The notes below the pieces were generated by a model that saw only the letters and a list, made by a program, of their open reading frames with translations, made no database searches and was not told the origin of the DNA. A stretch of DNA of 31,451 nt, taken from the IMG/VR virus record IMGVR_UViG_3300032233_002946, positions 1-31,451 of that record; one strand, written 5' to 3'. Made by a program: the position numbers and the translations under genes. The number at the start of each line of letters is the position of its first letter. The first letter of the stretch is position 1. Shown one piece after another: positions 14,716-23,692 of this stretch. Source of the DNA: a virus. Its lineage: Duplodnaviria; Caudoviricetes.

Positions 14716-16363
14716 GTCCCCACTTAGTCCAGAAAGAATCACAAAGACAAATAATAAAAATTTAGAAGGAGCACTTAAATTTGTTTCTGGTGGTTCTCCT
14801 TTAGGTTCTTCTGTTGTTTCTAGTGCAGCAAATAAAATTGTAGGATTTAACAGAGCAAAAATATCACCAAAACAGACAAATTTTAAATCATTAATTGATA
14901 CATTAACCAGTAATATTTTTAATAATATTAGTTCTGTGCAAAATGTTTTCAATAATAAAACAGAGAAAAAAGAAAAGGGAATGTCCTTTTTCTCTGGAAT
15001 TTTTGATAAGGTAAAAGAAGCACTTGGATTTGTAAGATTTTTTGGTGAAAAGAAAAATTTAGATAAAATTAAAAATAGTTTAAATAATTTAAAAGACACT
15101 TTTGGTGAAACATTTGAAGTCGCAAAAGCATTAAGAAAGGCAATAATTAAAATCTTCAAAGAACTATCAGGAATTAATGCTTCTGGTGGTGGAGGAGGAT
15201 TGGGTAATATATTATCTTCAATTGGTGGATTACTTGGTGGTTTAATTCCTGGAAGAAAAGGTGCAAGAGAATTGCCAAGAGGTGCAAGAGCATTAGAGGG
15301 TGAAGGAAATATGTTTTCAAAAATTCCTAAAATGATGAAAGGTGGTGGTGGAGGAATTGGAAAATTACTTTTAGGAGGAGGATTGGCAGCAGGAGGAATT
15401 GCTTTAAGTGGTCTTTCTGCTGGTGTTGGTAACACCGAATATCAACCAGGAGAAACTCCAACAGAAATTCCTGGTAATTTATTAGATAAATTCAATTCAA
15501 TTCTGGATAGATTTGATAAAGTCCTTGATGGATTATTGAAAGGAGGAAAAGGCCCAAAAGGTCCAGGTTATAGTGCAAAATCTTCTGGTTCTGGTACTAC
15601 TCCTCCTGGTACTACTCCTCCTGGTCCTATGCCAAATCCTTATGATATTCCAGGTCTTAAAGTAAAACCAGGATCTATTGGATCTTTGGATCAATTTAAA
15701 AAAGCACTTAAAGGAACTCCAATGGAGGCAGAGGCAGAAGCAGTTTATAATACTGCTTTGGCAGAAGGTATAAATCCAGCATTTGTTGCTGGACTTGCTG
15801 GAGCAGAATCTAGTTTTGGATCAAAAGGAAAGGCTGTTGGTAGGAACAATCCTTATAACTATGGAGTTCATGACAACCAGACATATTCATCTTATGCTGA
15901 AGCAACTCAAGCATTGGCAAGAGGATTAAGAGATCCAAAAGGATATTATAAAGGTAAAAAAACTTTATCTGATATTATTAGTACATATGCTCCATCATCA
16001 GAAAATGATGTTGCTCAACATATAAAAAATATTATGAGTATTGGTTCCAGAGTAGGAGATGCCAATGCTGTTTTTATACCAAGAGGAACAAAAGGTGGAA
16101 CTATTGTACCAGTGCCAGTACAAACAACAACACAAATACAAACACAAGGACTTGCAGTTCAAAAAAGACAAGGAAATTCATCAGTTGTAGTATTACCTGG
16201 ACAACAGCAACAAGCACCAACACAACAACCAGGTGGAAGTCAATTGTCTGCACCACCATCATCACCAAAGGATGGACCAACAATGCCAAGATTATTAGCA
16301 TCAAATCCTGATAATTTCCTAAATCTTTATTCAAGAATGGTTTATAATATCATTGACGGATAA
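14708..16363 (+). CDS. Tape-measure-like virion protein with lysozyme-superfamily (glucosaminidase-like) domain
   Basis: Helical, Gly-rich N-half; GINP.F...LA.AESSFG.....NNPYNYG...YAP motif. Confidence 0.65.
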   Translation: MVKSPLSPERITKTNNKNLEGALKFVSGGSPLGSSVVSSAANKIVGFNRAKISPKQTNFKSLIDTLTSNIFNNISSVQNVFNNKTEKKEKGMSFFSGIFDKVKEALGFVRFFGEKKNLDKIKNSLNNLKDTFGETFEVAKALRKAIIKIFKELSGINASGGGGGLGNILSSIGGLLGGLIPGRKGARELPRGARALEGEGNMFSKIPKMMKGGGGGIGKLLLGGGLAAGGIALSGLSAGVGNTEYQPGETPTEIPGNLLDKFNSILDRFDKVLDGLLKGGKGPKGPGYSAKSSGSGTTPPGTTPPGPMPNPYDIPGLKVKPGSIGSLDQFKKALKGTPMEAEAEAVYNTALAEGINPAFVAGLAGAESSFGSKGKAVGRNNPYNYGVHDNQTYSSYAEATQALARGLRDPKGYYKGKKTLSDIISTYAPSSENDVAQHIKNIMSIGSRVGDANAVFIPRGTKGGTIVPVPVQTTTQIQTQGLAVQKRQGNSSVVVLPGQQQQAPTQQPGGSQLSAPPSSPKDGPTMPRLLASNPDNFLNLYSRMVYNIIDG

Positions 16364-18429
16364 TGGAAAATAAACTTTTTTCTCCTGTTCTTTCAGCAGC
16401 AAATAATATTGTAAAGACAAAACGTCCTTTGACTAGAACTTCAAAAGATTATAATGATTTTGTGAAGTGGTTAGATGCAAGCAATAAAGATCTCAAAAAA
16501 GTAAAATTACCAACCAAGAAAAAAGTAGAAACACTTGCTTCTGGTCTTAGTCTTGATATTGCTGCTTCTGGTGGTGGAGGTGGTATAGATTTACTTGGTA
16601 GTTTGCTTGGTGGTGCAGGTGCTCTTGGTGCAGGATTAGGGTTGAGAAAATTATTTAAAGGTAAGTTTGGTGGAGGAAAATTTAAAGGAAATTTTGAAGA
16701 TATTATCAAAAATATTAAGAAAAAAGGTAATTTGACAAAAGGTGAAAAGTTTTCTTTAAGAGATTATAAAAGACTTGTTGGTAAGGGTGGAATAAGTAAT
16801 GAAAGTGCTGCTTTTAATGCATTACATAGAAATAGTCGTAACTGGTATCGTGGAGAAAATGTAATGGGTGGTGGTTTTTCAGCAGAAACCGCAACACAAT
16901 ATAGACAAGCAGGAAGAAGTGGAGGTGGTGGATTTAAAGGAGCACCAAGAGGAAGACTTGGTGGAATTGCTGGACCATTGAATATTGCTTTTGCTGGTCT
17001 TGATTTTATGGGAAGAAAAGGTGAAGGACAATCAAATCTTCAAGCAGGAGTTGGTGCTGCTGGTGGAGCATTGGGTGGTTTGGCAGGTGCTGAAGCAGGT
17101 GCAGCAGCAGGAGCAGCAATTGGTGCATTGTTTGGTGGAGTTGGTGCAGTTCCAGGTGCAATAATTGGTGGATTGATTGGTGGATTTGGTGGAGGACAAC
17201 TTGGTGGAAATTTAGCAGATAAATTGACTGGTGCTGATAAGATGGACGAAAGATTAAAGGCACAAGAAAAGAAACAAAAAGAAGCAGCATCCAAAAGAGT
17301 AACTTTTTCAGACGTAATTAATAAATTTGATAAAGTTGTAAGTAAGTTTGAGAAATTAAAGTTTGGAATGACTGGAGTTAAAAATAAAAATGACTCCAAT
17401 TCACAAATAGAAGATTCCGATTCTATAGAACCTACAAATCCAATTGATACTGGAAATAATGCAGAATCAACTGGATTGCAACTTGAAGATGTTGAAGCAT
17501 CTGGAGGAGAAGTTCCTGGATCTCCAGATTCTGGTTTTAGATCGGCACATCGTCCAAAACATAATGGAAATGATTATTTTAAGAATGTTGGAACACCAAT
17601 TAGTTTAATTCAAGAAGGAACAGTAACTGTTGCAGATATGAATTATGATCCTGGTGGATGGGGAGCTTTAGTTGAAGTTAGACATAAAGATGGTTCTTTA
17701 AGTAGATACGCACACTTAAGTAAGATTTCTGTTGCTGCTGGATCTAAAATTTCTCCAGGACAGGTTATTGGATATTCTGGTGGAGCAGCAGGTGCTTCTG
17801 GTGCTGGAAATTCTGAAGGACCTCATTTGCACTTTGAATATCTTCCTTCTGGTTCTGGTCAAGTTGATCCAACAGAAGCAGCCAAAAGAATTTTTAGATT
17901 TGGTGGTAATGTAAAAGTAAAAGCAAAAAAGGGATCAGATCAACAAACTCCAGCAGTACCAGTCAATACAATTACAAAGCAACAATCAATTGAAGATTTT
18001 ATTAAAGGAACTAAAAGTGGTGATAAAATACTTAAAGACCCAAAACTAAAAGCACAACTTTTGGGAGAAAAATATCAGTTTAAAAATGCAATGGTAAAAA
18101 CACCAGTAACTGATCCAGAAGTTAAACAAACATTGACAATGTATAATGCTTATGTTCGTGACATGAGGTCAAGACAAAAAGCAAGAGCATCTGCTACACC
18201 ACCAGCAATACCACAAGCATTAATGGATGATTCATCAGTAGCAGGTAGCACAACGATGATCTTGCAACAACCATCAGTAGCACCTGCAGATGGAACAGGA
18301 CAAGCAACAATGATACCAGTTCCTATGGGAGGTGGTGGTGGAGATACTTTTATTTCTGGTCCATCAGAAGGTCAGATAGTAAATAGTTTATTGAAAGCAT
18401 TTTTACTTACAAATTTATCAGGAACATAA
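16363..18429 (+). CDS. Tape-measure-like virion protein with glycine-zipper region and M23 peptidase domain
   Basis: GxxxG/A zipper; HNGND (HxxxD), YAHLS and GPHLHFE motifs. Confidence 0.85.
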   Translation: MENKLFSPVLSAANNIVKTKRPLTRTSKDYNDFVKWLDASNKDLKKVKLPTKKKVETLASGLSLDIAASGGGGGIDLLGSLLGGAGALGAGLGLRKLFKGKFGGGKFKGNFEDIIKNIKKKGNLTKGEKFSLRDYKRLVGKGGISNESAAFNALHRNSRNWYRGENVMGGGFSAETATQYRQAGRSGGGGFKGAPRGRLGGIAGPLNIAFAGLDFMGRKGEGQSNLQAGVGAAGGALGGLAGAEAGAAAGAAIGALFGGVGAVPGAIIGGLIGGFGGGQLGGNLADKLTGADKMDERLKAQEKKQKEAASKRVTFSDVINKFDKVVSKFEKLKFGMTGVKNKNDSNSQIEDSDSIEPTNPIDTGNNAESTGLQLEDVEASGGEVPGSPDSGFRSAHRPKHNGNDYFKNVGTPISLIQEGTVTVADMNYDPGGWGALVEVRHKDGSLSRYAHLSKISVAAGSKISPGQVIGYSGGAAGASGAGNSEGPHLHFEYLPSGSGQVDPTEAAKRIFRFGGNVKVKAKKGSDQQTPAVPVNTITKQQSIEDFIKGTKSGDKILKDPKLKAQLLGEKYQFKNAMVKTPVTDPEVKQTLTMYNAYVRDMRSRQKARASATPPAIPQALMDDSSVAGSTTMILQQPSVAPADGTGQATMIPVPMGGGGGDTFISGPSEGQIVNSLLKAFLLTNLSGT

Positions 18430-19755
18430 ATGTCTATCGCAATTGCAGCATTTAAACCGAATGGTTTTTATATTCAACCAATAGGAAAGAATTCTAACGG
18501 AACGGATAAAAAACCTATTGATATTACAAACTCTCTTTTGTTCTTTGATTATTATGAAGATATATTGTCTCCTTGTATTTTTGCAACTGCAATGATAATG
18601 AATAGTGCTTCAATATTTAATATACTTCCAATTCGTGGTGGAGAAAAAGTAGGTATAGATGTTGATACTGCTTTTGGAAATTTTAAATTTGATGGAGATA
18701 AAGCATTTTATGTTTATAAAGTAAGTGGTTTAAATGCAGAAAAAACAAATGAATATTTTACCTTGCATTTGGTTTCTAAAGAAGGTTTAACAAATGAAAC
18801 TTCAAGATGTGAAAAGAAATATGCAAATGCAACAATTGATACTCATGTAAAAGATATTTTAAAAAATACTTTAAAAACAAATAAAATAGGAACAATTGAA
18901 CAAACTTCAAATTCTTATAGTTTTATTGGAAATATTAAAAAACCATTTCATACTTTAATATGGTTAGGTCCAAAATCAGTTCCATTAGCACCTGGTGCAA
19001 GTGGAGTAGATGGAGACCATGTACATGCAAAAGCAAAAGGAACAGCAGGATATTTTTTCTATGAAAATAAAGATGGATTTAATTTTCGTAGCATTCATAG
19101 TTTAGTTTCAAATACACAATTACAACTTTCAAGTTCAGATAAAGAAAAATATCCAATTTATACTGGAGGTCCTGTAACTATTAATGCTAATGATCCATCA
19201 AATGATTTTAAAATACTTAATTATGATTTTGAAAAAAATATTGATTTGTTGAGATCATTGAGAGTTGGTATGTATTCAAATAAAACTTATTTTTATGATT
19301 TATATTCAAATACTTTGGATATTTACAAATACAATTTAAGTGAGGAAATACAAAATAAATTAGGAACTTATGAACTTTCTATTCCTGATGATTTTAAAGA
19401 TAATATTTCTCGTATTATGTCACGAACTTCTGATCGTGGTGCATTAAATTCTGATGGATCGGTAGGTAATAAAATATCATCAGGTGCTGATATGTCAAAA
19501 TCATTTTCAAGGTATAATATTTTGTTCACGCAAGCACTAAATATGACTGTGCCTATGAATGTAAATTTGAAGGCAGGTGATATTATTCGTTGTGAATTTG
19601 TAAGGATAGAAAAATCAGATAAAAGTGAAATTGAGAAAGAAACAAGTGGATATTATGTTATTAAAGAATTAAGGCATCATTTTGAAGGTGGTAAAATGAT
19701 TACAGGATTAAGAGTTATTCGTGATAGTTATGGTCTTTATGGTCCAAACCAATAA
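18430..19755 (+). CDS. Baseplate hub protein (gp27/GpD-like)
   Basis: YYEDILSP, FFYENKDGFNF.S, SG.Y.IKELRHHF and RDSYG motifs; lies between tape-measure-like genes and gp5. Confidence 0.65.
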   Translation: MSIAIAAFKPNGFYIQPIGKNSNGTDKKPIDITNSLLFFDYYEDILSPCIFATAMIMNSASIFNILPIRGGEKVGIDVDTAFGNFKFDGDKAFYVYKVSGLNAEKTNEYFTLHLVSKEGLTNETSRCEKKYANATIDTHVKDILKNTLKTNKIGTIEQTSNSYSFIGNIKKPFHTLIWLGPKSVPLAPGASGVDGDHVHAKAKGTAGYFFYENKDGFNFRSIHSLVSNTQLQLSSSDKEKYPIYTGGPVTINANDPSNDFKILNYDFEKNIDLLRSLRVGMYSNKTYFYDLYSNTLDIYKYNLSEEIQNKLGTYELSIPDDFKDNISRIMSRTSDRGALNSDGSVGNKISSGADMSKSFSRYNILFTQALNMTVPMNVNLKAGDIIRCEFVRIEKSDKSEIEKETSGYYVIKELRHHFEGGKMITGLRVIRDSYGLYGPNQ

Positions 19756-19758
19756 ATA
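19751..19758 (+). promoter_or_regulatory. Late promoter
   Basis: AATAAATA overlapping the upstream stop codon. Confidence 0.55.
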
Positions 19759-19763
19759 CAAAA

Positions 19764-19973
19764 ATGGAACTACAAAAACTCATTGATGATATATGTGAAG
19801 AATTGGAAGGTTCTTTTATTAATGAACAAAGAAGAAGATATCTTGGTTCTTATTTGGAAGAACTTTTGGAATATCAAAAAAATAATCCAGAAAAAACAGA
19901 AATACCAAATTCTTTACAACTTTTTTGTAATTTAAATCCAGAAGCACTTGAATGTAGGAAGTACGATCTATGA
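19764..19973 (+). CDS. cp12: CP12-like Calvin cycle regulator
   Basis: C-terminal FCNLNPEALECRKYD matches the CP12 C-x3-P-x4-C-x2-Y-D motif; 69 aa, acidic. Confidence 0.85.
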   Translation: MELQKLIDDICEELEGSFINEQRRRYLGSYLEELLEYQKNNPEKTEIPNSLQLFCNLNPEALECRKYDL

Positions 19974-22237
19974 TTGAAGAAGCATTATTAAAATCCAATT
20001 TTAATGGTAAAGATGGATTTGTTTGGTGGATAGGTCAAATTGCAAAAAAAACATCTTGGGATAAGGGTTCTAAATTTTCAAATAAAGGAGATTGGGCATC
20101 AAGATGTAAAGTAAGAATTGTCGGTTATCATTCTTTTGATGGTAATGTTCTTGCTGATAACGATTTGCCTTGGGCACAGGTTATGCTTGACCCTTCATTT
20201 GGAAGTGCTCAAGGTGGAATTGGTGGAACAATAGATTTAAAAGGTGGTGAAACTTGCATTGGATTTTTCTTGGATGGTGATGATGCCCAGCAACCAGTTA
20301 TTATAGGATTATTATATCGTAGTGATGGTGTTAAAAATTTACAAACAGAAGATGTAATCAATAAGGAAAAAAGTTCACAATTCAAACCATTTACAGGACA
20401 TCCAGGAAATATTGTTCCTGATACGCAAAGAGATAGTAGAGCACCTAAACCAATTGACCCAACTGCAACAACTGCTGATAGAAATCAAGTAGAAACACCA
20501 CCTTTAACAGCAGAACAAATAAAACAATCATATAACTACAATCCTTCAAAAGGTATTATTGATTCACTTGGAAATAAAGTATATTTACAACCTGGAGATA
20601 AAATTGCTGGTGTTTTTAAAGACAATCCAGCATTTTCTACAAATGCTGTTTTGGCAGCATTTACCCAAAGACCAGCATATGTAACACCAAGTGGTTGTCA
20701 AAATAATTTAATCAGTCAAATTACACAAGGAATTCAAGATTTTATTGCATTTACAAATGGATTAGATAATTATTTGGGTGTTTATATTAATCCAGTATTA
20801 AATGAAGTTGTAGATATTGCAAATTCTGTTAAACAATGTGCAAATCAAATTGTTGGAATTGTAAAATTAATTATTAATACTTTGAGGGATACAATTTTTA
20901 AATGTCTTGGTTGGTTGTTCAGACAAATAGTTGCATTATTTGTTCCAATACCACAACAAAAAAAAATATATGAAGCATTTAAAAAAATAATGGATAAAAT
21001 TTTTTGTATCATTGAAAAACTTAATTTTTTCCCATTCATTCAAAATCTTCTTGGGGATTTAGCATCAAATACAATCAATTCTCCTGTTTGTGCAGTAGAA
21101 CAATTTACTGCTGGAATTTTAGCAAAAGTAATGGATGGTATTGATACAGCACTTGCAGATATAATGTCTGGAATTAATTGGTTGACAAATGGAATTGGTA
21201 CAATTTCTGGAATTTTAAATACTGCAAGTTCATTAGCATCACAAATTTTTAGTTTTCTTGAATGTACTGGTCTTGCTTGCAAAACACCACATGTTTGGGC
21301 TGCTAATTTTGGTCCAAGTCAAAAAGAAGCAGATGATTGGCAAAAAATGGTCAATAATGTGAATGTATTTAAAGGTATAAGTGATGGTCTGGGATCAATA
21401 GAAGATGCAATGTATCAAACTCCACTTCTTGCTGGAATAGATGGATTATTTAATAATGCCTATAATCAATGCAATCAAATTGTATCCAATCCAACAAATC
21501 AAAATGATATTATACCATTACCTATTGGTTCAAAATACACAACTTGTCTTCCTCCAATTGCAAGAATTGTTGGAGATGGTGTAGGTGCAAGTGCAGTTCC
21601 AATTGTAAGTTCAGATAGTTCTATTTTCTCTGTTGAGATTGTAAGTGGTGGAGTAGGATATACTTATGCTTCAATTATAATTGCGGATAATACAGGATGT
21701 GGAAATGGTGCAACAGCAAATGCAGTAATTGAAAATGGTATTATTACTTCAATTTATGTAATTGATCCTGGGTCTGGTTATGTTGCTGGAAATTATACAA
21801 ATATTGGAACAGAAACAACTACTACTCCTACTGGTGGAACAGGAACAGGAACAGGAACTGGTGGAACAGGAACTGGTGGAACAGGAACAACAACAAATCC
21901 TGGTATTAGTAGTCAAGTTTCTGGATGTATTCAATCTATCATTTTAGTTAAACCTGGATATGGATATACAATTGGAGATACAATTACTGATGGAAAAAAT
22001 ACATATGTTCCAAATGTTTCTCCAAAAAGTGGAGCAATTGTAAGTATTCAACCTCTTACAAATCCAGTTTGTGGATTTACAACACCTCCAACTTTAACTA
22101 TAAATACAACAACAGGAGTTGGAGCAGAAGTTTTACCTTTTATGAAGTACTATCCAACATATGTTTCCGTAAATCAGAACTTAGTAAATAATCAAGCAAC
22201 AAGAACAGGAATTACAACAGTGATAGATTGTATATGA
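19970..22237 (+). CDS. gp5: Baseplate hub/spike protein gp5 (N-terminal OB domain)
   Basis: GFVWWIGQ, RCKVRIVGYH, DLPWA and GFFLDG..AQQPVIIG motifs. Confidence 0.9.
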   Translation: MIEEALLKSNFNGKDGFVWWIGQIAKKTSWDKGSKFSNKGDWASRCKVRIVGYHSFDGNVLADNDLPWAQVMLDPSFGSAQGGIGGTIDLKGGETCIGFFLDGDDAQQPVIIGLLYRSDGVKNLQTEDVINKEKSSQFKPFTGHPGNIVPDTQRDSRAPKPIDPTATTADRNQVETPPLTAEQIKQSYNYNPSKGIIDSLGNKVYLQPGDKIAGVFKDNPAFSTNAVLAAFTQRPAYVTPSGCQNNLISQITQGIQDFIAFTNGLDNYLGVYINPVLNEVVDIANSVKQCANQIVGIVKLIINTLRDTIFKCLGWLFRQIVALFVPIPQQKKIYEAFKKIMDKIFCIIEKLNFFPFIQNLLGDLASNTINSPVCAVEQFTAGILAKVMDGIDTALADIMSGINWLTNGIGTISGILNTASSLASQIFSFLECTGLACKTPHVWAANFGPSQKEADDWQKMVNNVNVFKGISDGLGSIEDAMYQTPLLAGIDGLFNNAYNQCNQIVSNPTNQNDIIPLPIGSKYTTCLPPIARIVGDGVGASAVPIVSSDSSIFSVEIVSGGVGYTYASIIIADNTGCGNGATANAVIENGIITSIYVIDPGSGYVAGNYTNIGTETTTTPTGGTGTGTGTGGTGTGGTGTTTNPGISSQVSGCIQSIILVKPGYGYTIGDTITDGKNTYVPNVSPKSGAIVSIQPLTNPVCGFTTPPTLTINTTTGVGAEVLPFMKYYPTYVSVNQNLVNNQATRTGITTVIDCI
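21830..21889 (+). repeat. Low-complexity GGAACA/ACTGGT tandem repeat encoding a Gly-Thr linker
   Basis: Encodes TGGTGTGTGTGGTGTGGTGT. Confidence 0.85.
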
Positions 22238-22794
22238 GCGACACACATGCTAGACAATATAACGGTTTTAGAGTTTCTTCTGGAGAAGTAGTTCAAGATG
22301 GTTCTTTGACTGATTGGTCAGTTACTACCGACAATCATCAGGGAATTACATTTCTTAAAGACGGAAGACACGTACAAAGATGCAAAACAACTTCTCAAGA
22401 ATTGTGTGGATATGGTCTTAAAGATCCTCAATCACCAGCAAAAACTATTGAAGCAGAAAATGGAAATATTCATTTAAGAGCATTAAATGGTACTATTATA
22501 TTGGAAGCAGCAAATATTCGTATTATTGGTTTGGGTGGAAATGGTGGTGAAGTTACAATTCAAGCAGGAAAAATAATACAGAATACTGCTCCAACAGTTA
22601 ATGTGCAAGCAACAAACGCAAATATTACCGGATCCCAGGGAACCAATATTATTGGTACTAATGTTTCACTTCATGGACATGCTTCATGTGAGGCAACTGA
22701 TGGACCATCTCTTGATGCTTCTTCAGTTTTGGGAAAAATACTTAATATTGTAGAACAAGTTAAAAAATTCTTTGCTTCTCTTTGTAAAGATTAA
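22234..22794 (+). CDS. Putative gp5 C-terminal beta-helix (spike) protein
   Basis: ATGA overlap with gp5; I.AENGNI.L.A.NG.I.LEA.NI beta-repeat pattern. Confidence 0.6.
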   Translation: MSDTHARQYNGFRVSSGEVVQDGSLTDWSVTTDNHQGITFLKDGRHVQRCKTTSQELCGYGLKDPQSPAKTIEAENGNIHLRALNGTIILEAANIRIIGLGGNGGEVTIQAGKIIQNTAPTVNVQATNANITGSQGTNIIGTNVSLHGHASCEATDGPSLDASSVLGKILNIVEQVKKFFASLCKD

Positions 22795-22799
22795 AAATA

Positions 22800-23654
22800 A
22801 TGGATACAATTATTTCAAATGTTGGTGAAAAACTTATAGTAGGGCAAGTTGATACCTCATTTTTGAGTTTATCTTCAAAATTTGTTCCAGGAACTGCTGT
22901 TCTAAATGGACCAGTTTATATGGGAAAACTTACTGGTGCCATCGGATTAGATAGGGCAACTTGTACGATTGGACCACCCCTTACTGGATTTCCAGCATCA
23001 CTTGAAGTTGATGGACTTACAAATATTTTTGGTATTTTGAATGTCACTGGTATTAAGAATGTTTTTGCATTCTCAAATGTAATTGGATTTACTAGTAGGG
23101 TCGGGGCAAAATTTGCATCTGCATTTAATGCTGATTCTGGAGTAAAAGTACAAATAGCTGCAAATTTATCGTATAGTTATAATATAAATCAATCATTATT
23201 AAAAGCTCCCTTATCTACTGCAGTTCAATTTAAAGGAAGTATTGCTGGATGTCCTGGAAAAAAAGATTTTGATATTCCACATCCAACAAAAGAAAAATGG
23301 AGATTGAGACATGTTTGTATTGAAGGTCCAACAGCAGATGTTTATGTAAGAGGAAGACTCAAAAATTCAAATATAATTGAATTGCCAGAATATTGGAGAA
23401 AATTAGTAGATCCAGAAACAATTACTGTAAATTTAACTCCAGTTGGAACACATCAAGAATTATATGTTGATAAAATTGAATGGGGAACCAAAATTAAAAT
23501 TAAAACTAATTCAGGTTCTGCTGTAAATTGTTACTATACTGTTTATGGTGAAAGAGCAGATACAGATAAAAATATTCCAGAGTATGAAGGATCATATAAT
23601 GATTATCCAGGAGATAATAGTCAATATACACATTCAGCTATAGTCAATAAATAG
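22800..23654 (+). CDS. Virion protein with C-terminal FDIPHP...LRH.C.EGP...VY.RG domain
   Basis: Motif typical of fibre/spike C-terminal chaperone-like domains. Confidence 0.7.
   Translation: MDTIISNVGEKLIVGQVDTSFLSLSSKFVPGTAVLNGPVYMGKLTGAIGLDRATCTIGPPLTGFPASLEVDGLTNIFGILNVTGIKNVFAFSNVIGFTSRVGAKFASAFNADSGVKVQIAANLSYSYNINQSLLKAPLSTAVQFKGSIAGCPGKKDFDIPHPTKEKWRLRHVCIEGPTADVYVRGRLKNSNIIELPEYWRKLVDPETITVNLTPVGTHQELYVDKIEWGTKIKIKTNSGSAVNCYYTVYGERADTDKNIPEYEGSYNDYPGDNSQYTHSAIVNK
23646..23653 (+). promoter_or_regulatory. Late promoter
   Basis: AATAAATA upstream of ATG 23693. Confidence 0.6.
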
Positions 23655-23692
23655 GTTTAATAACTAAAGAATGAATATAAATTAATTGAATT

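Noticed and set aside
14659-15435. 258-aa minus-strand ORF, and similar ones at 17040-17399, 24073-24528 and 31031-31447
   Set aside because: Antisense to Gly/Thr-rich structural genes whose codon bias depletes reverse-strand stops
15591-15625. 15-nt tandem repeat CTGGTACTACTCCTC x2
   Set aside because: Encodes a GTTPP linker duplication; ordinary slippage
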